This document shows, piece after piece, positions 12,673 through 24,971 of a stretch of DNA of 64,000 nt. The notes beneath the pieces are model-generated. The model had not been told where the DNA came from and did not search any database. It worked only from the letters and a program-made list of their open reading frames with translations. Every line of letters begins with the position of its first letter. Positions within the stretch are counted from its first letter, which is position 1. The translations under genes were made by a program, and so were the position numbers. Location of the stretch: positions 13,578,001 to 13,642,000 of the forward strand of contig CP075492.1 of NCBI GenBank assembly GCA_021613535.1, given 5' to 3'. The stretch is from Adineta vaga. Taxonomy: Eukaryota; Animalia; Rotifera.

Positions 12673-15600
12673 TTATTTCGTTTTGCGATGATGTTGTTCT
12701 GCTTGTAGCATTTGCTGTATCTTAATAGCATTTAAATAAGTTCGTAATTGAACGACTTCGGAATGATTATATGGTAAAGTTTTCGAAAATTGATTCAACG
12801 CTTGATCACCTGTTGTTAATGCTTCATCGAATTGTTCAAGATTCATATAAGTTGTTGATAGATTTAAATACGTATTGCCAATTGTTTTAGCATCGTTTGG
12901 TAGTGTCTTCAATTCGATTCTTAATACTTTTTGATAGAATGGAATAGCTCTATGATATTCTTTTAGTTTATAATAAGATTGACTAATTCGATGATAGATA
13001 CTGATTAATGAAGAATCATCAACTGATAAATAAGTTGTATATAATTTTAATGCTTCATGAGAATAAGTTATAACTTGTTGATATTCTTTTTGTTGAAGAT
13101 AAATATGTGATATGTATTGGATCAATGGTGCTAATACAGTGGCATCTGTTTCGGACGATTTCTTCATTTGTTCAACTCCTTTTAATCCATATTCTAATGC
13201 ATCTGACCAACATAATAAATCTGCATATGCTTTGGAAATATTCATATAACTTGCTGCAATAGAAGGATGATCATCAGGTAATGACCTTTTTTCGATAGTT
13301 AACACTTTTTTATAATAGACTAAAGCTTCTTCGACTTGATTTTGTTTAGCATAAACACTTGCGATACGATCATAAAGCGAACCCAAAGCTGATTGATCGG
13401 ATGGGAAATCTTTCTTTTGAAGTTCGACTGCACGTTGATAATAATTCAATGCTTCTTGATAGTTTTGTTGTTGTTTATAAATATATGCTAGATGTTGTAG
13501 GATCGATAATACATCAGATGAATCATTATTGGTTGATTTCTGCATTAATTTTCTTGCATGAAGAGCATTACTCAAGGCATCTGACCATTGCGACAAACCA
13601 ACATAATCTTTAGATAGATTGAAATATCTAGATGCAATTGAAGAATGATCATGAGATAGACAATGTTCTTCGAGTTCTAAAGCTCTTTTATGATAACGTA
13701 ATGCTTCATCAAATCGATTTTGTTTATAATATGCATTACCTATGCAATTATAGGTAGTAAGAAAGGCTGGATTATTTGGTAATAAATATTGTTGTTGAAT
13801 TTTTAATGCTTGATTGAAATTATTCAAAGCATCTTGATATTGTCCTTGCGAAAAACATACAGTACCTGTGGTAAGTAAACACGCAGCCGATGAAGATGGA
13901 TCAGATCGCGTAGTATTCTCTTGTAATGCTGTCGCTTTTTCCCGATATCGTTCTAAAAGAAAATTGTAAGAAAAAAAACTACGAAAATTAGAAATTTCGA
14001 ACAAACCTGCTTGTTCAGGATCATTTAATTTATAATAGATAACACTGATAATATTATACGTATTCGTTAATGATGAATTATTATCTCCGAAATGTTCTAG
14101 CTGTAATTTCAAGGCATGTTTATGAGATTCCAAAGCTTTTGTATATTGTTTTTGTTGAAAATAAATTGAAGCAATATTATTCGTGTAGGCAACAATCGAT
14201 GATACATCCGGATTCGAACTATTTGATTGACAATCTAAAGCTAATTGATAGAATGTTAATGCTGTTTCATAATCTGATTGTGTAGCATGAGCAGAACCAA
14301 TATTATTGTAAGTGGGTGATAGTTTTGGATGATCCGCGGGCATTATCGTTAAATATTGAGAAAGCGATTCTTGAAGATGTTTTAAAGCTTTTTTCGGTTG
14401 ATCACGTTCATTATAAATTGAACCAAAAACATGATGAATTCCACCACTTAGAATTATGTCAGTGACTAAAGTTTGATCGTTGTGAAACATTTTAGCAAAA
14501 TCTTCAATATTATCGTATTGCGATAATTGGTGCATAAGTTTTAATAATGATAGGAATGAATGAGGCGATCGAATCTCTTCACGTGTCTGTTTTGTATATT
14601 CTGCAAGTTGTTCGTCAGTATCCACACTTAATGTTAATTGAACAGAATAGAATAAATCGTCTGTTTTGTCGATTTGAAGAATTCGAAAGACGGTTCCTGT
14701 TGAAAAAAGAAATTCTTCTTCCGTTTCATTTCCTTGTTGATATGATAAATGTTCAATATTTGCAAATGGAAATTTATCAATTGATGGATTGATTTTCATT
14801 TCAAATAGAACACTAATTTCAAATCCTAGAAGAAAATTCATTGCAACGTCTCGTTGACGTGATGTTGATAGAAAATTATTAAATGAAAGAAAACCGCCTA
14901 CATTTCGTTGTAATTTTTCGATTTGATCTAACGATATACTTTGACCACGATAAACAGTCATAGGTAGAAGATTTGTACGTTGTAATGTAGCTTGAGAAAC
15001 GATTTGTTGATGAAGATGACGAAGAAAATATCGTAATTTATAAAGAACATGAGGTTCAGGTGTATACAAAGCTTTATTTAATATTCGATAAAGAAAACAT
15101 TCTCTCGTATACCAATAGATAGAAAGTTCTGGAATGAAATTTTGTTCGAATTCATCAAGAATTGTCAAAGTATCTGGATTGTTAGCATAGATTGTACGAC
15201 AGTATTGTAACATATCTTGTCGAGTTTCGTCTTCTTTTTCCTCTTTATGATCATTTAAGATAATTTCTTTTAACAATTGAGAATACATAAATGATGGATC
15301 TTGTCGATTAATATCATGAGATGAAACATCAGTCGATGAAATCAATGAAATAGAGAGCGTATCAGTTTGAGATTGTGTAATATCTCTCTTGATTTCATCA
15401 GCAAGTTGTTTTCTATCATGAAAAATTCCGTGAATTTTCGAATAATCTTTTATCCATGCTTGATATGTCGTTTTCTTCGAAGTCAAGATATAAATTGAAT
15501 TAATTTGTTCACAATTATGAATAACTGGAATAATTTCTTCGGCAAATGTGTCTATTGTAATCAATATTCCTTTCATATTTTTCAGATTAAAAATATAATC

Positions 15601-15750
15601 TACACATTGATTGGCATTACGATAAGTTCGAAATGAATCTAAGATAGTTTGTAGAGTATTATGAATATAAGTATAATCATCTGATCGATTGGATTGTTTG
15701 TCAAGCCATATACAAACAAATTTATCACGGCGCATTCTCCGATGTGACAT
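12673..15750 (-). CDS. ADP-ribosyltransferase (R-S-E clade) + TPR repeat protein with receiver-like N-terminal domain
   Basis: VYRG / FLSTS / EEEFLF catalytic motifs, then many kinesin-light-chain-type TPRs (DHPSIAASY.NI). In-frame 54-nt intron at 13953-14006. Confidence 0.92.
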   Translation of the reverse strand: MSHRRMRRDKFVCIWLDKQSNRSDDYTYIHNTLQTILDSFRTYRNANQCVDYIFNLKNMKGILITIDTFAEEIIPVIHNCEQINSIYILTSKKTTYQAWIKDYSKIHGIFHDRKQLADEIKRDITQSQTDTLSISLISSTDVSSHDINRQDPSFMYSQLLKEIILNDHKEEKEDETRQDMLQYCRTIYANNPDTLTILDEFEQNFIPELSIYWYTRECFLYRILNKALYTPEPHVLYKLRYFLRHLHQQIVSQATLQRTNLLPMTVYRGQSISLDQIEKLQRNVGGFLSFNNFLSTSRQRDVAMNFLLGFEISVLFEMKINPSIDKFPFANIEHLSYQQGNETEEEFLFSTGTVFRILQIDKTDDLFYSVQLTLSVDTDEQLAEYTKQTREEIRSPHSFLSLLKLMHQLSQYDNIEDFAKMFHNDQTLVTDIILSGGIHHVFGSIYNERDQPKKALKHLQESLSQYLTIMPADHPKLSPTYNNIGSAHATQSDYETALTFYQLALDCQSNSSNPDVSSIVAYTNNIASIYFQQKQYTKALESHKHALKLQLEHFGDNNSSLTNTYNIISVIYYKLNDPEQAGLFEISNFRSFFSYNFLLERYREKATALQENTTRSDPSSSAACLLTTGTVCFSQGQYQDALNNFNQALKIQQQYLLPNNPAFLTTYNCIGNAYYKQNRFDEALRYHKRALELEEHCLSHDHSSIASRYFNLSKDYVGLSQWSDALSNALHARKLMQKSTNNDSSDVLSILQHLAYIYKQQQNYQEALNYYQRAVELQKKDFPSDQSALGSLYDRIASVYAKQNQVEEALVYYKKVLTIEKRSLPDDHPSIAASYMNISKAYADLLCWSDALEYGLKGVEQMKKSSETDATVLAPLIQYISHIYLQQKEYQQVITYSHEALKLYTTYLSVDDSSLISIYHRISQSYYKLKEYHRAIPFYQKVLRIELKTLPNDAKTIGNTYLNLSTTYMNLEQFDEALTTGDQALNQFSKTLPYNHSEVVQLRTYLNAIKIQQMLQAEQHHRKTK

Positions 15751-16231
15751 TCTTACATGAGTTTTTTATGAAAACAATTTCACAATGTGTCGTTAGTTAA
15801 AAGATTTTAAACTGAGAGAGACCACGTAACATTTTTTTGTAAGGAAGAAAAAGAAAAGAATATAGTTGACTCATTTGTTAGAGATGAATTCATGGCTGAA
15901 AAAAGGTAATGGTTTTTTCCACAAAGGAAAGAAAAGAAAACGTAACTTACAACAAAAAAGACCAAATATTGTAACGTTTGTCTCAATTCGTGTAAAAACG
16001 AACTTTCTTTGATATCAGCAATGGAAGAATTATAAGAGGATTACAGTATTTTTCATAACTAAAAAAATATCATGCATAGATCTTATATGTACATACGTGA
16101 TTAGGTATAGATAAATATTTGTAAAAGATATCTTTCTTGTTCGATGATGATTAAATGGCATTATCGATTCTTTGCTGTATATAAGAAAGAAATAGGAAAG
16201 TTGAATCTCTCTCATTATTCATCAATATACA

Positions 16232-17133
16232 ATGTTATTCCAAGTTATTTTCGTTTTATGTTTTCATTATATCTGTAAAGCATCCGCTTTGCAATGTCGC
16301 ACTTGCACAAAACAAATTCCTTTAACAGTTCCAAACATTGATATGAATGTATCAGATTGTTCTTTACAGGACGCGTTACATGCAAGTTGCTCACAACGAT
16401 TACATATTCGATATGCAAAGAATGAAACTTCTATAATATTAGGAGCGAATCCTAGTGAAACACTGATATTGACAAATGAAGCATGATTAATGACAAATAC
16501 AACTTTAATATGGCTTAATAGAGTTCAAGTTGAAAGAATATTTCAAATATTTTGTTTTAACAAAAGTGAATGTGATAAAAATACGATTAATCGTACTTAT
16601 ATTGATGGTAAGTTGCGAAAGAGTCATCTCCATTTTTCTATGGATTTCAATATTCTTTTTCTTTAGTACGCAATCTTGAATATGCTGAGTTATGGGCTCA
16701 TTTAGTTACACGCTTATATGATTCTCGTAGTGAACCTAATAAATTAACATGTACAAATGATCAAGATGCATCTGTCTCATGTTCTGAAGGTTTCTGTCAA
16801 TTGATCAGTAATGATTTATTGACATTTTCTCGTACTTGTGTTCCTAAAGGTACGATGAGTAATCCTTATGGAATCATATTAGAATCTAAGACAATACCAG
16901 GCAAAGATATCGAATCATCCATTATGTATACATGTAATCGACCGATGTGTAATAGTTTGACCATGGCTAACGAAATATTACATTTATTGCAAATTAGAGA
17001 ATTGTTATCGCCTATTATCGTTACAACGACCACATCTACGACAACAACAGAATCATCGTCTGCTGATATGAAAAAACAACTCTTCTACATTCCATTGATT
17101 TTTGTACTAATAATCATGACTATTTTTGCATAA
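16232..17133 (+). pseudogene. Secreted/GPI-anchored Cys-rich (Ly6/uPAR-like) protein with a single in-frame TGA
   Basis: Signal peptide, LQCRTC.., YTCNRPMCN, Thr-rich stalk and hydrophobic tail. Intron ~16608-16666. TGA at 16484-16486 with the frame continuing past it. Confidence 0.65.
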
Positions 17134-17707
17134 GGTCTTTGTGAAGTACATAAAATAACAAATAAATAGTTGCATATATAGAAGGACTAAAGTATGATCT
17201 CTCTTACTGAACTATAAATTCCGCGATAATTGCATTGAAAAAATGAATGTTTCATCTCTCTTTGTAAACTATTCTTAGTTTACATTAATCAAAACAGTAT
17301 GTACGCGTTTTATGTCCTGACAATTATAGATGACATTACACACATAATTTCTCTTGGGCCTTTCAAGACTGATTTAAAAATTAATATTCAGTATCGTTTT
17401 CGATCGTAATATGCGAGGATCAATGGTGTCTTTGTAAACACCATTTTCAATCATAGAATAGATTGAATTTTTTTGACCGGAAATAGAACAGAAATTGAAG
17501 AATCATGCTGACGTATATAGTTTTAACACATCCTTCTGTTACAATTCAGTCGTCACTAATGAGAAGAGTGCTTTTTAAAAAATGTAGATAATCAGGTTTG
17601 TGCCAATTAATATTTCATAGATGATGAGATATTTCCTTGTACCACCTACAAAAACTTTGCAGAAATATTTCCAGATGTAGCAATAAAATCTAGATATTGT
17701 CAAAATC

Positions 17708-18643
17708 ATGGTTTATACAATTGAATTTTCTCTAGGACTTATCTTCGAAATACAAGCAATTGCTATTTCAATCATTATTTTTCTGTATTTTCTTCAAAAT
17801 CCTCGCATTCGTTTAAAACGTCATCATTACAGTTGGCTCGCTTTATTAACTCTAAATTTCTTTAAATTGATCTTAGATTTACCTATAGCATTAAATTTTT
17901 ATTATCAAGAAAAACTTTGGCCAGAATCATATATTTTTTGTACTCTGTGGGTATGGTTAGATTTTTCTCTCAGTTGTGCTACATTATATCTAACAGTGTG
18001 GATTTCAATTGAACGACACCTAATTATTTTTCATTCTCCAACTCTCTTTGAAGGACGATGGCAAAAATGGATATTTCGAATTGTACCGATTATCATTTGT
18101 TTAATCGTACCGCCAATATTATATTTCAATTTGATTGTTATTCCACCACAATGTACGAATATTTGGGATTCTCAAACATTACTTTGTGGGCCACCATGTT
18201 ATAGTTTCACAGGTTTTTATGGAATCTTTGATTTTATTTTTAATATTTGTGCTCCACTTCTTATTACCATTTTCGTGAATCTTATGTTAATCATTCGAGT
18301 AATCAAAGGAAAAGTTTCGCGTCAACAAGCGATTGAATGGCGACATCATCGTAAAATGATTCTACAATTTTCGGCTATTACTGTACTTCAACTAGCATTC
18401 AGCTCACCACTTGTAACGGTTAGTTTTATTCAAATGACAGTAATGCCTTCCTTTATGGCTGATCAATACTCAACTCTAGAATATATTTTTTATTATATGC
18501 CCTTATTATTACCGGCAACGTGCTTGTGTGGAATACCTGAATTAGTCAAAAAAATCTATGGTTTTATTTTTAATAGAAGAACTAATACAGTTACCGCAGG
18601 CAAGATACCTAGTGCAAGACAGAAACCTGCAAATAGTTTTTGA
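17708..18643 (+). CDS. Rhodopsin-like 7TM GPCR
   Basis: Seven hydrophobic segments, WISIERH (DRY-like), C..PC in ECL2. Intronless, 311 aa. Confidence 0.88.
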   Translation: MVYTIEFSLGLIFEIQAIAISIIIFLYFLQNPRIRLKRHHYSWLALLTLNFFKLILDLPIALNFYYQEKLWPESYIFCTLWVWLDFSLSCATLYLTVWISIERHLIIFHSPTLFEGRWQKWIFRIVPIIICLIVPPILYFNLIVIPPQCTNIWDSQTLLCGPPCYSFTGFYGIFDFIFNICAPLLITIFVNLMLIIRVIKGKVSRQQAIEWRHHRKMILQFSAITVLQLAFSSPLVTVSFIQMTVMPSFMADQYSTLEYIFYYMPLLLPATCLCGIPELVKKIYGFIFNRRTNTVTAGKIPSARQKPANSF

Positions 18644-18836
18644 AATATAAAAGAAAAAAAAACTAAGAAATGACATATCATTTTCTTAATTTATATAAAG
18701 TAAATACAGCGTATTATTTGTTGTTGTTTTTCGATCTGGTCTATTGTTCATTCATTTATCAATAAAAAAAAGAAAGAAAGAAAGAAAGAAAAAAGTCGAA
18801 AAACTTAGTTTTTTTTATAATATGAAAATGAAAATA

Positions 18837-19734
18837 TTAACGATAACGATGATGTCGACGTGAACGAAATCGATAACTACTTCGTCTTCTATCAAATGAA
18901 ACTACTCCAGCAAAAGCAAGCATAAATGGTGCCAATAACAATCCAAGAAATGATAATAATAAACCAGCAAACATTATTGCTAAGAATGAATATTGTTTCA
19001 AATAAAAGTTTATCTTATCTAATTCATTATTCTATACAAATTAATAATAAATATTCGATTATTTATTGAAATATGTATACACTTACTTGTTTAACTAATG
19101 TTCGAAATTGATTTCCACTCCATTGCATTATTTCACAACCGATTCCACCGATAGCTAGACCAATAATAACTAATAGAAAAATTGATATTGCCCATATTGA
19201 TGCTTGTTTAGAATCTAATTTTAAATAAAAAGTCTTTATTATTTCTAGAAATAAATTACTTACTTTGTGTTTGTAATTCATCCTCATCTGTTGCTGCCGG
19301 ATTCGATATTTGAATTCGTTGTCGATTAAATAAATGATTAACATGTAGAACTGTAAATGGAATTCCAAGTAGAACTAACGATGTTGAAACAACAACAGTC
19401 AGAATTCCAAAACCAAGAAAAAGTATAAGACCAGCAAGGTTATAGACATAAAACTGATCTTTCTAAAAACACGAACATATCAATAAATGAAGTAAATAAA
19501 AAAATAAAATCTCACTTTTTCATAAACATCTTCGTTCCATACTGTTCCATGCCATAAGATTTCACAACCGATAATCCATAGAGTAGTGCTAGCTATAATA
19601 ATGGCAAATACAGAACATGTCGCTTTCAGATACACAATTGGTCGTGGATTTGAATCTATCTGAATGAAATCAAAGAGAAAATTATATTCAACAAATAAAA
19701 ATAAACAATATACTTGATTCTTTCTTGAATCCAT
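18837..19734 (-). CDS. Small multi-exon 4-TM protein with internal duplication
   Basis: Short exons bounded by GT-AG. The IGCEI motif occurs twice (WIIGCEILWHG / GGIGCEIMQWSG). Arg-rich C-terminus DRRRSSYRFRSRRHHRYR*. Confidence 0.55.
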
Positions 19735-21205
19735 CTTGTCTATTTTTCTAACGAGCATAAATGAAATGAAGAAAAGATAGAATCGTCTAAAAGCAACTAT
19801 TCATTAATGACCTATAGATAATAATTTATACCTCCCATTCTATCATATTCGAAAAATAAAGAAAAGATAATTGAAAGGAAGAACTTTGCAATCTTCAATT
19901 ATATTATCCATGACTATCAGTATTATATAAAAGAGATGAAAGATGGTAAATTACATCTTGTTTTTTACTTTACTTTACTTACCTGGCAATATCTTCTGAC
20001 TTTTATTTAACTGAATGACATGCTTATAATAACAAGTTATTTTGTTATCTATATTACAGCAACATCTACGGAAACAGAATTTGTTATGATCCATTATCTT
20101 ACATTCGTATTCATACAAAAGACTTTCAAAAGTTAAAGATGTGAGTATGTTCTTCTAATGAATATATTCTTCTTTTATCGAAAAGTATTTAATTGAATTT
20201 GAATTCCATTGTTTTGATTCATTTATTCGAAATTGTTATCAATCTGTATGTCGGATTTTATGTTTCAGATTTCATGTAACAAAATCATTCTGCTTAAGTA
20301 TATGTTTGTAGATATAAGATTAGATTATAATATAGTCTTGAACTGTGTAGCAGAAACTTTATGTATGATCAAAAGAAGTCTATGATAATGAAAGTCGTTG
20401 TCTGGACTTTCAATAATATTTCAAGATGTTTGATTAACATCCAATACAACATATAAACCGGATAAGCATAGTGAAACCATAGGCGGATTGAAAGCAGATT
20501 GAGGCAACTACTGCAATGATGTGAATACGAACTGGTGATGCAGGTCCAACATGTAATGGATACTAATATTTTCGAAAGACTTATCCTTTCGGTTATTTTC
20601 TTGAACAAAGGCGAGTAGACTTTGGTAATAGTATATGATCATATTGTATTGAAAATTGTGAAATGTTTGATGTCCTGTTATCGTTCGATGAGAGATATTA
20701 CTTTATAAATAATGGCAACAATAAAGCATAGGGATTATTTTGCCGAGAATAACAAGAAACACTCCTAATCTCGATACGTCCCTCACATGATTACATTATT
20801 TTATTTATCGATATGAGAAAATCTCAAGAAATCTGCTAGCACATATGATTCATTGCTCGATAGAAAAACTTGTATTTGAACAAAACGTTTTACTTTCGCT
20901 CACAACATGCTGGTAATATCTACATGCAAAATACGTGCAAATTTTTATCTCAACATTATTCTTGTCTCCTTTTTTATTGTGCAAATACTATCTGTCAGAT
21001 GAATAAATATAGGAAAAAAGAAAGTACTATATCAATATTAAATGATTGGCTGAGCTAGAACTAATCTCGTTTAGAAATACTAAGGTAGAATTATGAAACC
21101 ACCCGTGTTTATTACAGAATATTCTTGAAATATGTAAGTATTTTATGAGCTATATCACTTCCTTGGTATACGAATGAAGTCTTTTTTTTTTACAGATATT
21201 GCCAA

Positions 21206-22293
21206 ATGAAGAAGTTTTGCATTGCAATAGAAATTCTATTCGTCGTCAGTCAATTAACGTTGATAATTATTTATCCACATATTGAATATCTATCAAAAAA
21301 AGTACAATATTGGATTTAACCTCTTTAATGACACCATTTGATCAACTGAATAGATCGTCAACATTTTGTTGTTCAGAAAAAACTCTTCATCAAAGATATA
21401 AACTCGAATTTCAACAGCTTGTATCGTATGACTCAAATTGGCTATATGAACAACCATCAATGAATAAATATCAACAACATTCTACTCTATCATCGACATT
21501 ACCGAATTTACCCTATTTCTATGCATTATGGAAAAGCTCATCACTTCTTCCACGTTTGATAACACCATGTGAACATCAAGTATATATCAAATTATTGAAA
21601 ACATTTCATGAAATTTGTGAACGTAATGATATAATATATATGATTAGTCATGGAACCTTATTAGGATCATACAGAAATCATGGTAAGTTTTTTTAGTTCA
21701 TTTTATTGAAATAAACTGATGATTTATAGATCTATTACCATACGATGATGATGCTGATGTTTTGGTCGCTGCTAAATATTACAAACGTCTAGCAGCGATT
21801 TATCTATTGAGTAATCAAACAGATTGGGAATTTCATTTAAAAACATCAAGGAATATGAAATTCTACTTTCGAGCATCTCCACCAGCTGGTGATCAGAAAT
21901 GGAAATGGCCATTTATTGGTATTCAGTTTTATACAGAAAGTACGACACATATCAAATTAAAACATTATATCTCAAAACAGATTATATTTCCACTTGTATT
22001 ACGTCCTATCGCTAGTCTATGGTTACCTGGTCCACGTCACGTACATCGATATTTGAATGCTCTACCGAATAGACATTATTTGAAGCTGTCAATTGATAGC
22101 CATTGTTTACTACAAAGATATTCTCCTCGAGATGAAAGACATAAATACAAAGTACGAAAAGTCAGTTGCTCAATTATATGATGTCTATCCTTATATAAAA
22201 CGAATATGTGATGATGTTTATTGTCACGAAAATTTTATGTTAAATGATGAAACGATACTGTATGTTTTGAAAATGTTAAAAGATAAAAATTAA
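21206..22293 (+). pseudogene. LicD/fukutin-related nucleotidyltransferase (type II membrane), two apparent frameshifts
   Basis: ISHGTLLGSYRNH|DLLPYDDDADV spans the intron at ~21683-21729. Frame breaks at the A7 run (21295-21301) and near 22170. Confidence 0.8.
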
Positions 22294-22641
22294 TATTTAA
22301 CGATATAGCATCGATTACAGCGAATGGAAGTAGAACAGATTTTTTTATTTTGAATAAAAATGAAATTGACCTTGGCACAGGAATTTTATATACGTTGTTG
22401 AAATATTTGATGAATCATGCATATAGCTTGTAGCGATTAACGACGTGTTGCTTTTAAATTGTTGCAGTTTGGTGATGACGTCGACGTTAAAAGAAAAGAA
22501 AATAGTGTAGGATCCGTTTATTATTTGAGCGGGCGTGGGCACTCAAGTTTTGTTGTGATCAACAAGCTTTCTATAAAATCGTTTCGATCTTACGAAAATG
22601 GAAGCATTATTTTCGTATAGTGAAATTCTTTAAAAATAACA

Positions 22642-23559
22642 ATGGGTTGTCGTCCTAGTTCTTACATTACAATTACTCTTGATCGACCGAATCCATTCTA
22701 TTATTCTGGTGAAATTGTTTCCGGTGTTGCACAAATCTATGTCAATGCTGAGACTTTGGAAGCTGATGAAATTGATATGAATCTAATTGGTGAAATTGGT
22801 TATACAACAAGACATACACATACAGTCAATGGTAGGCGCAAGACTGAAACAAAACATCATACAGTACAATTTCTTATGTCAAAATATGTTTTCGCACGTC
22901 CCGAAGGTGGTGCAAAAGAATTGACATTTGCACAAGGTCAATATTCCTGGCCATTTCAGGTACAATTACCAAACCATCTTCCACCAACGATGGGTCATAC
23001 ACAAACATATCCACGTGTTCGATATTATCTACAAATATTGATCGATAAAGCTTGGTATAAAACGAATACCCGTGAAAATCAATTTATTACTGTCTTTCCG
23101 CGAGTTGTTCTCTCGCAAATGCCAAATTGTTTGTTGCCAACTACCTTTGGTGATAATAATCGGCAAGATATCATTTTCAGAGGTACTCTGAACAAACACG
23201 GTTATTTACCTGGTGAAATTATTCAAGGAACATTCGATATTGATAATCCTCGACAAGTATTAATTAAACAAATAAATGTTACTATGATTGAGAATTATAC
23301 AATTGGTCATGGAACGCATCGATATGTAGTTTATAGTTCAATTATTCCAGAATTGATGCGTCGAAAGGAGTCAAAGATAGTTCAACAATTCACTTTTGGA
23401 ATTCCAGCAACAACATTAGCACCTTCTTGTCAATACACTGGTGGATTGCATCAAACAGCTTCTGTAAATATTATTTATGCATTAGAATTTGATGTAAATG
23501 TTGAAGGAATATTTACAGATATGAAGATATCAGTACCAATTGTTATCGGTACTAATTGA
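22642..23559 (+). CDS. Alpha-arrestin (arrestin N + C domains)
   Basis: PFYYSGEIVSG, GQYSWPFQVQLP.HLPPT, RVRYYL and ISVPIVIGT motifs. Confidence 0.9.
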   Translation: MGCRPSSYITITLDRPNPFYYSGEIVSGVAQIYVNAETLEADEIDMNLIGEIGYTTRHTHTVNGRRKTETKHHTVQFLMSKYVFARPEGGAKELTFAQGQYSWPFQVQLPNHLPPTMGHTQTYPRVRYYLQILIDKAWYKTNTRENQFITVFPRVVLSQMPNCLLPTTFGDNNRQDIIFRGTLNKHGYLPGEIIQGTFDIDNPRQVLIKQINVTMIENYTIGHGTHRYVVYSSIIPELMRRKESKIVQQFTFGIPATTLAPSCQYTGGLHQTASVNIIYALEFDVNVEGIFTDMKISVPIVIGTN

Positions 23560-24015
23560 AGGTTATTTTTCGTATATTGAACTTGAGTAGAAATATGTAA
23601 TTGATTTTCCAGATCTCAATAATTCTATATGACTTTGTTTATGATAATAAACAAATTTGTTTCTTATCTAAGTTCTTCTTTTCTTACTGATGTGGCTATT
23701 TGGTGACCTCTGTGAATGTTATCCGTCACTATTATATTTCTTGAATTGAATATCGACATTCGCAATGCATCAAGTGTTTTAGTATAATTTCTCGTTTATT
23801 AGTCTTGTGTCATTCTCAAGATATCACTACAAACACAACATGACCTTTAAGAAAGACTACCTATCATTCAAAAAGTGCATCTACGAAATACATTTATCGT
23901 GTACATACACGTGGCGACGCTGAGTCATCAAAACCAATTTACGAATAAACTTGAGTATATAGAGGATATTGATGATCATATTATGTCGACTGTAAAAAAC
24001 ACTCAGTGAAGAAAA

Positions 24016-24438
24016 ATGAGCATATCGACAGGTAAATGTTTGTGTGAACAAATTACTGTTTCAATCTCCAAAGATATACTCAATTCATCCGATAAAATTG
24101 CCATCTGTCATTGTAAAAACTGTTGTCGAGCTGGTGGTTTCCTCGGAGCAATTAGCATCATTATTCCTGAGACAGATGTCAAAATCGAAGGACAACCAAA
24201 AATTTATCAAGATCCTAATACGGATAGTGGAACACCAATTCAACGTGCTTTCTGTGGCAATTGTGGTAGTCCAGTTTATACAGCGACAAGAAAAGTACCT
24301 GGTATTCTTGTTGTTAAATTAGGATTATTTGATAACATTCCAAAACCAACAATAGAAGGATATTGTAAATCAATGCCATCATGGGCTAAACCTATTGACG
24401 GTATACAACATTTTGATACAATGCCATCAAAGGAATAG
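24016..24438 (+). CDS. GFA/CENP-V (Mss4-like) Zn-binding protein
   Basis: GKCLC, CHCKNC and RAFCGNCGSP motifs. Intronless. Confidence 0.9.
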   Translation: MSISTGKCLCEQITVSISKDILNSSDKIAICHCKNCCRAGGFLGAISIIIPETDVKIEGQPKIYQDPNTDSGTPIQRAFCGNCGSPVYTATRKVPGILVVKLGLFDNIPKPTIEGYCKSMPSWAKPIDGIQHFDTMPSKE

Positions 24439-24971
24439 TATTTTATCTAATTTTATGTTTCTTCTGTGTAATAAGAAATAAAAAACTTTAGACAAAAAAA
24501 TATGGTGTAAGACTCATTCAAGAATATGACAAGGTCGGTGATCATACCTGTACGTAAATCATTTTCTCATCAATGACATATCTATATTGCTAATTGTTGT
24601 CTTTTTTCTTTTCTCATAAAGAATGTTTTAATCGAACGATGTAGAATAAGAATATTCTTACCGGTAAAGATACGGTTTGAGTAATCGCTTATTTTACATA
24701 TAGCTAATTTTCTTATTGTGAGGCATGATATAAATGATATATACAGAATGCGTATACACGTGGGAGTAACCATGCCTCGCTGCTTTCCCATCATATATCT
24801 ACATACTTATACCTAGTAATAATCACTTAAGTGCAGAAAGATAGTACAGTCATCAGTTATCACAATCAAAATATAAACAAATAGGTAAGTGCAAATTTAT
24901 AAAAACCAAAAGTCAAAGTAAACTTTCACTTGTAGATTTCATTTGTAATTACCATCATAACTGTTATAGTA

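Noticed and set aside
13359-14792. Short + strand ORFs inside the TPR-ART gene (likewise 28294-28593, 44279-44575, 46311-46535, 53427-53651, 59311-59493)
   Set aside because: Antisense shadows of real or decayed coding sequence
16484-17300. Selenoprotein
   Set aside because: No convincing SECIS before the AATAAA at ~17161, and the TGA is not in a redox-motif context
18770-18790. (AAAG)n and (CTT)n at ~36857-36880
   Set aside because: Ordinary microsatellites
19900-20800. Coding-like degraded sequence (also 1-600, 30580-30930, 37390-37520)
   Set aside because: Too decayed to assign to a family by eye
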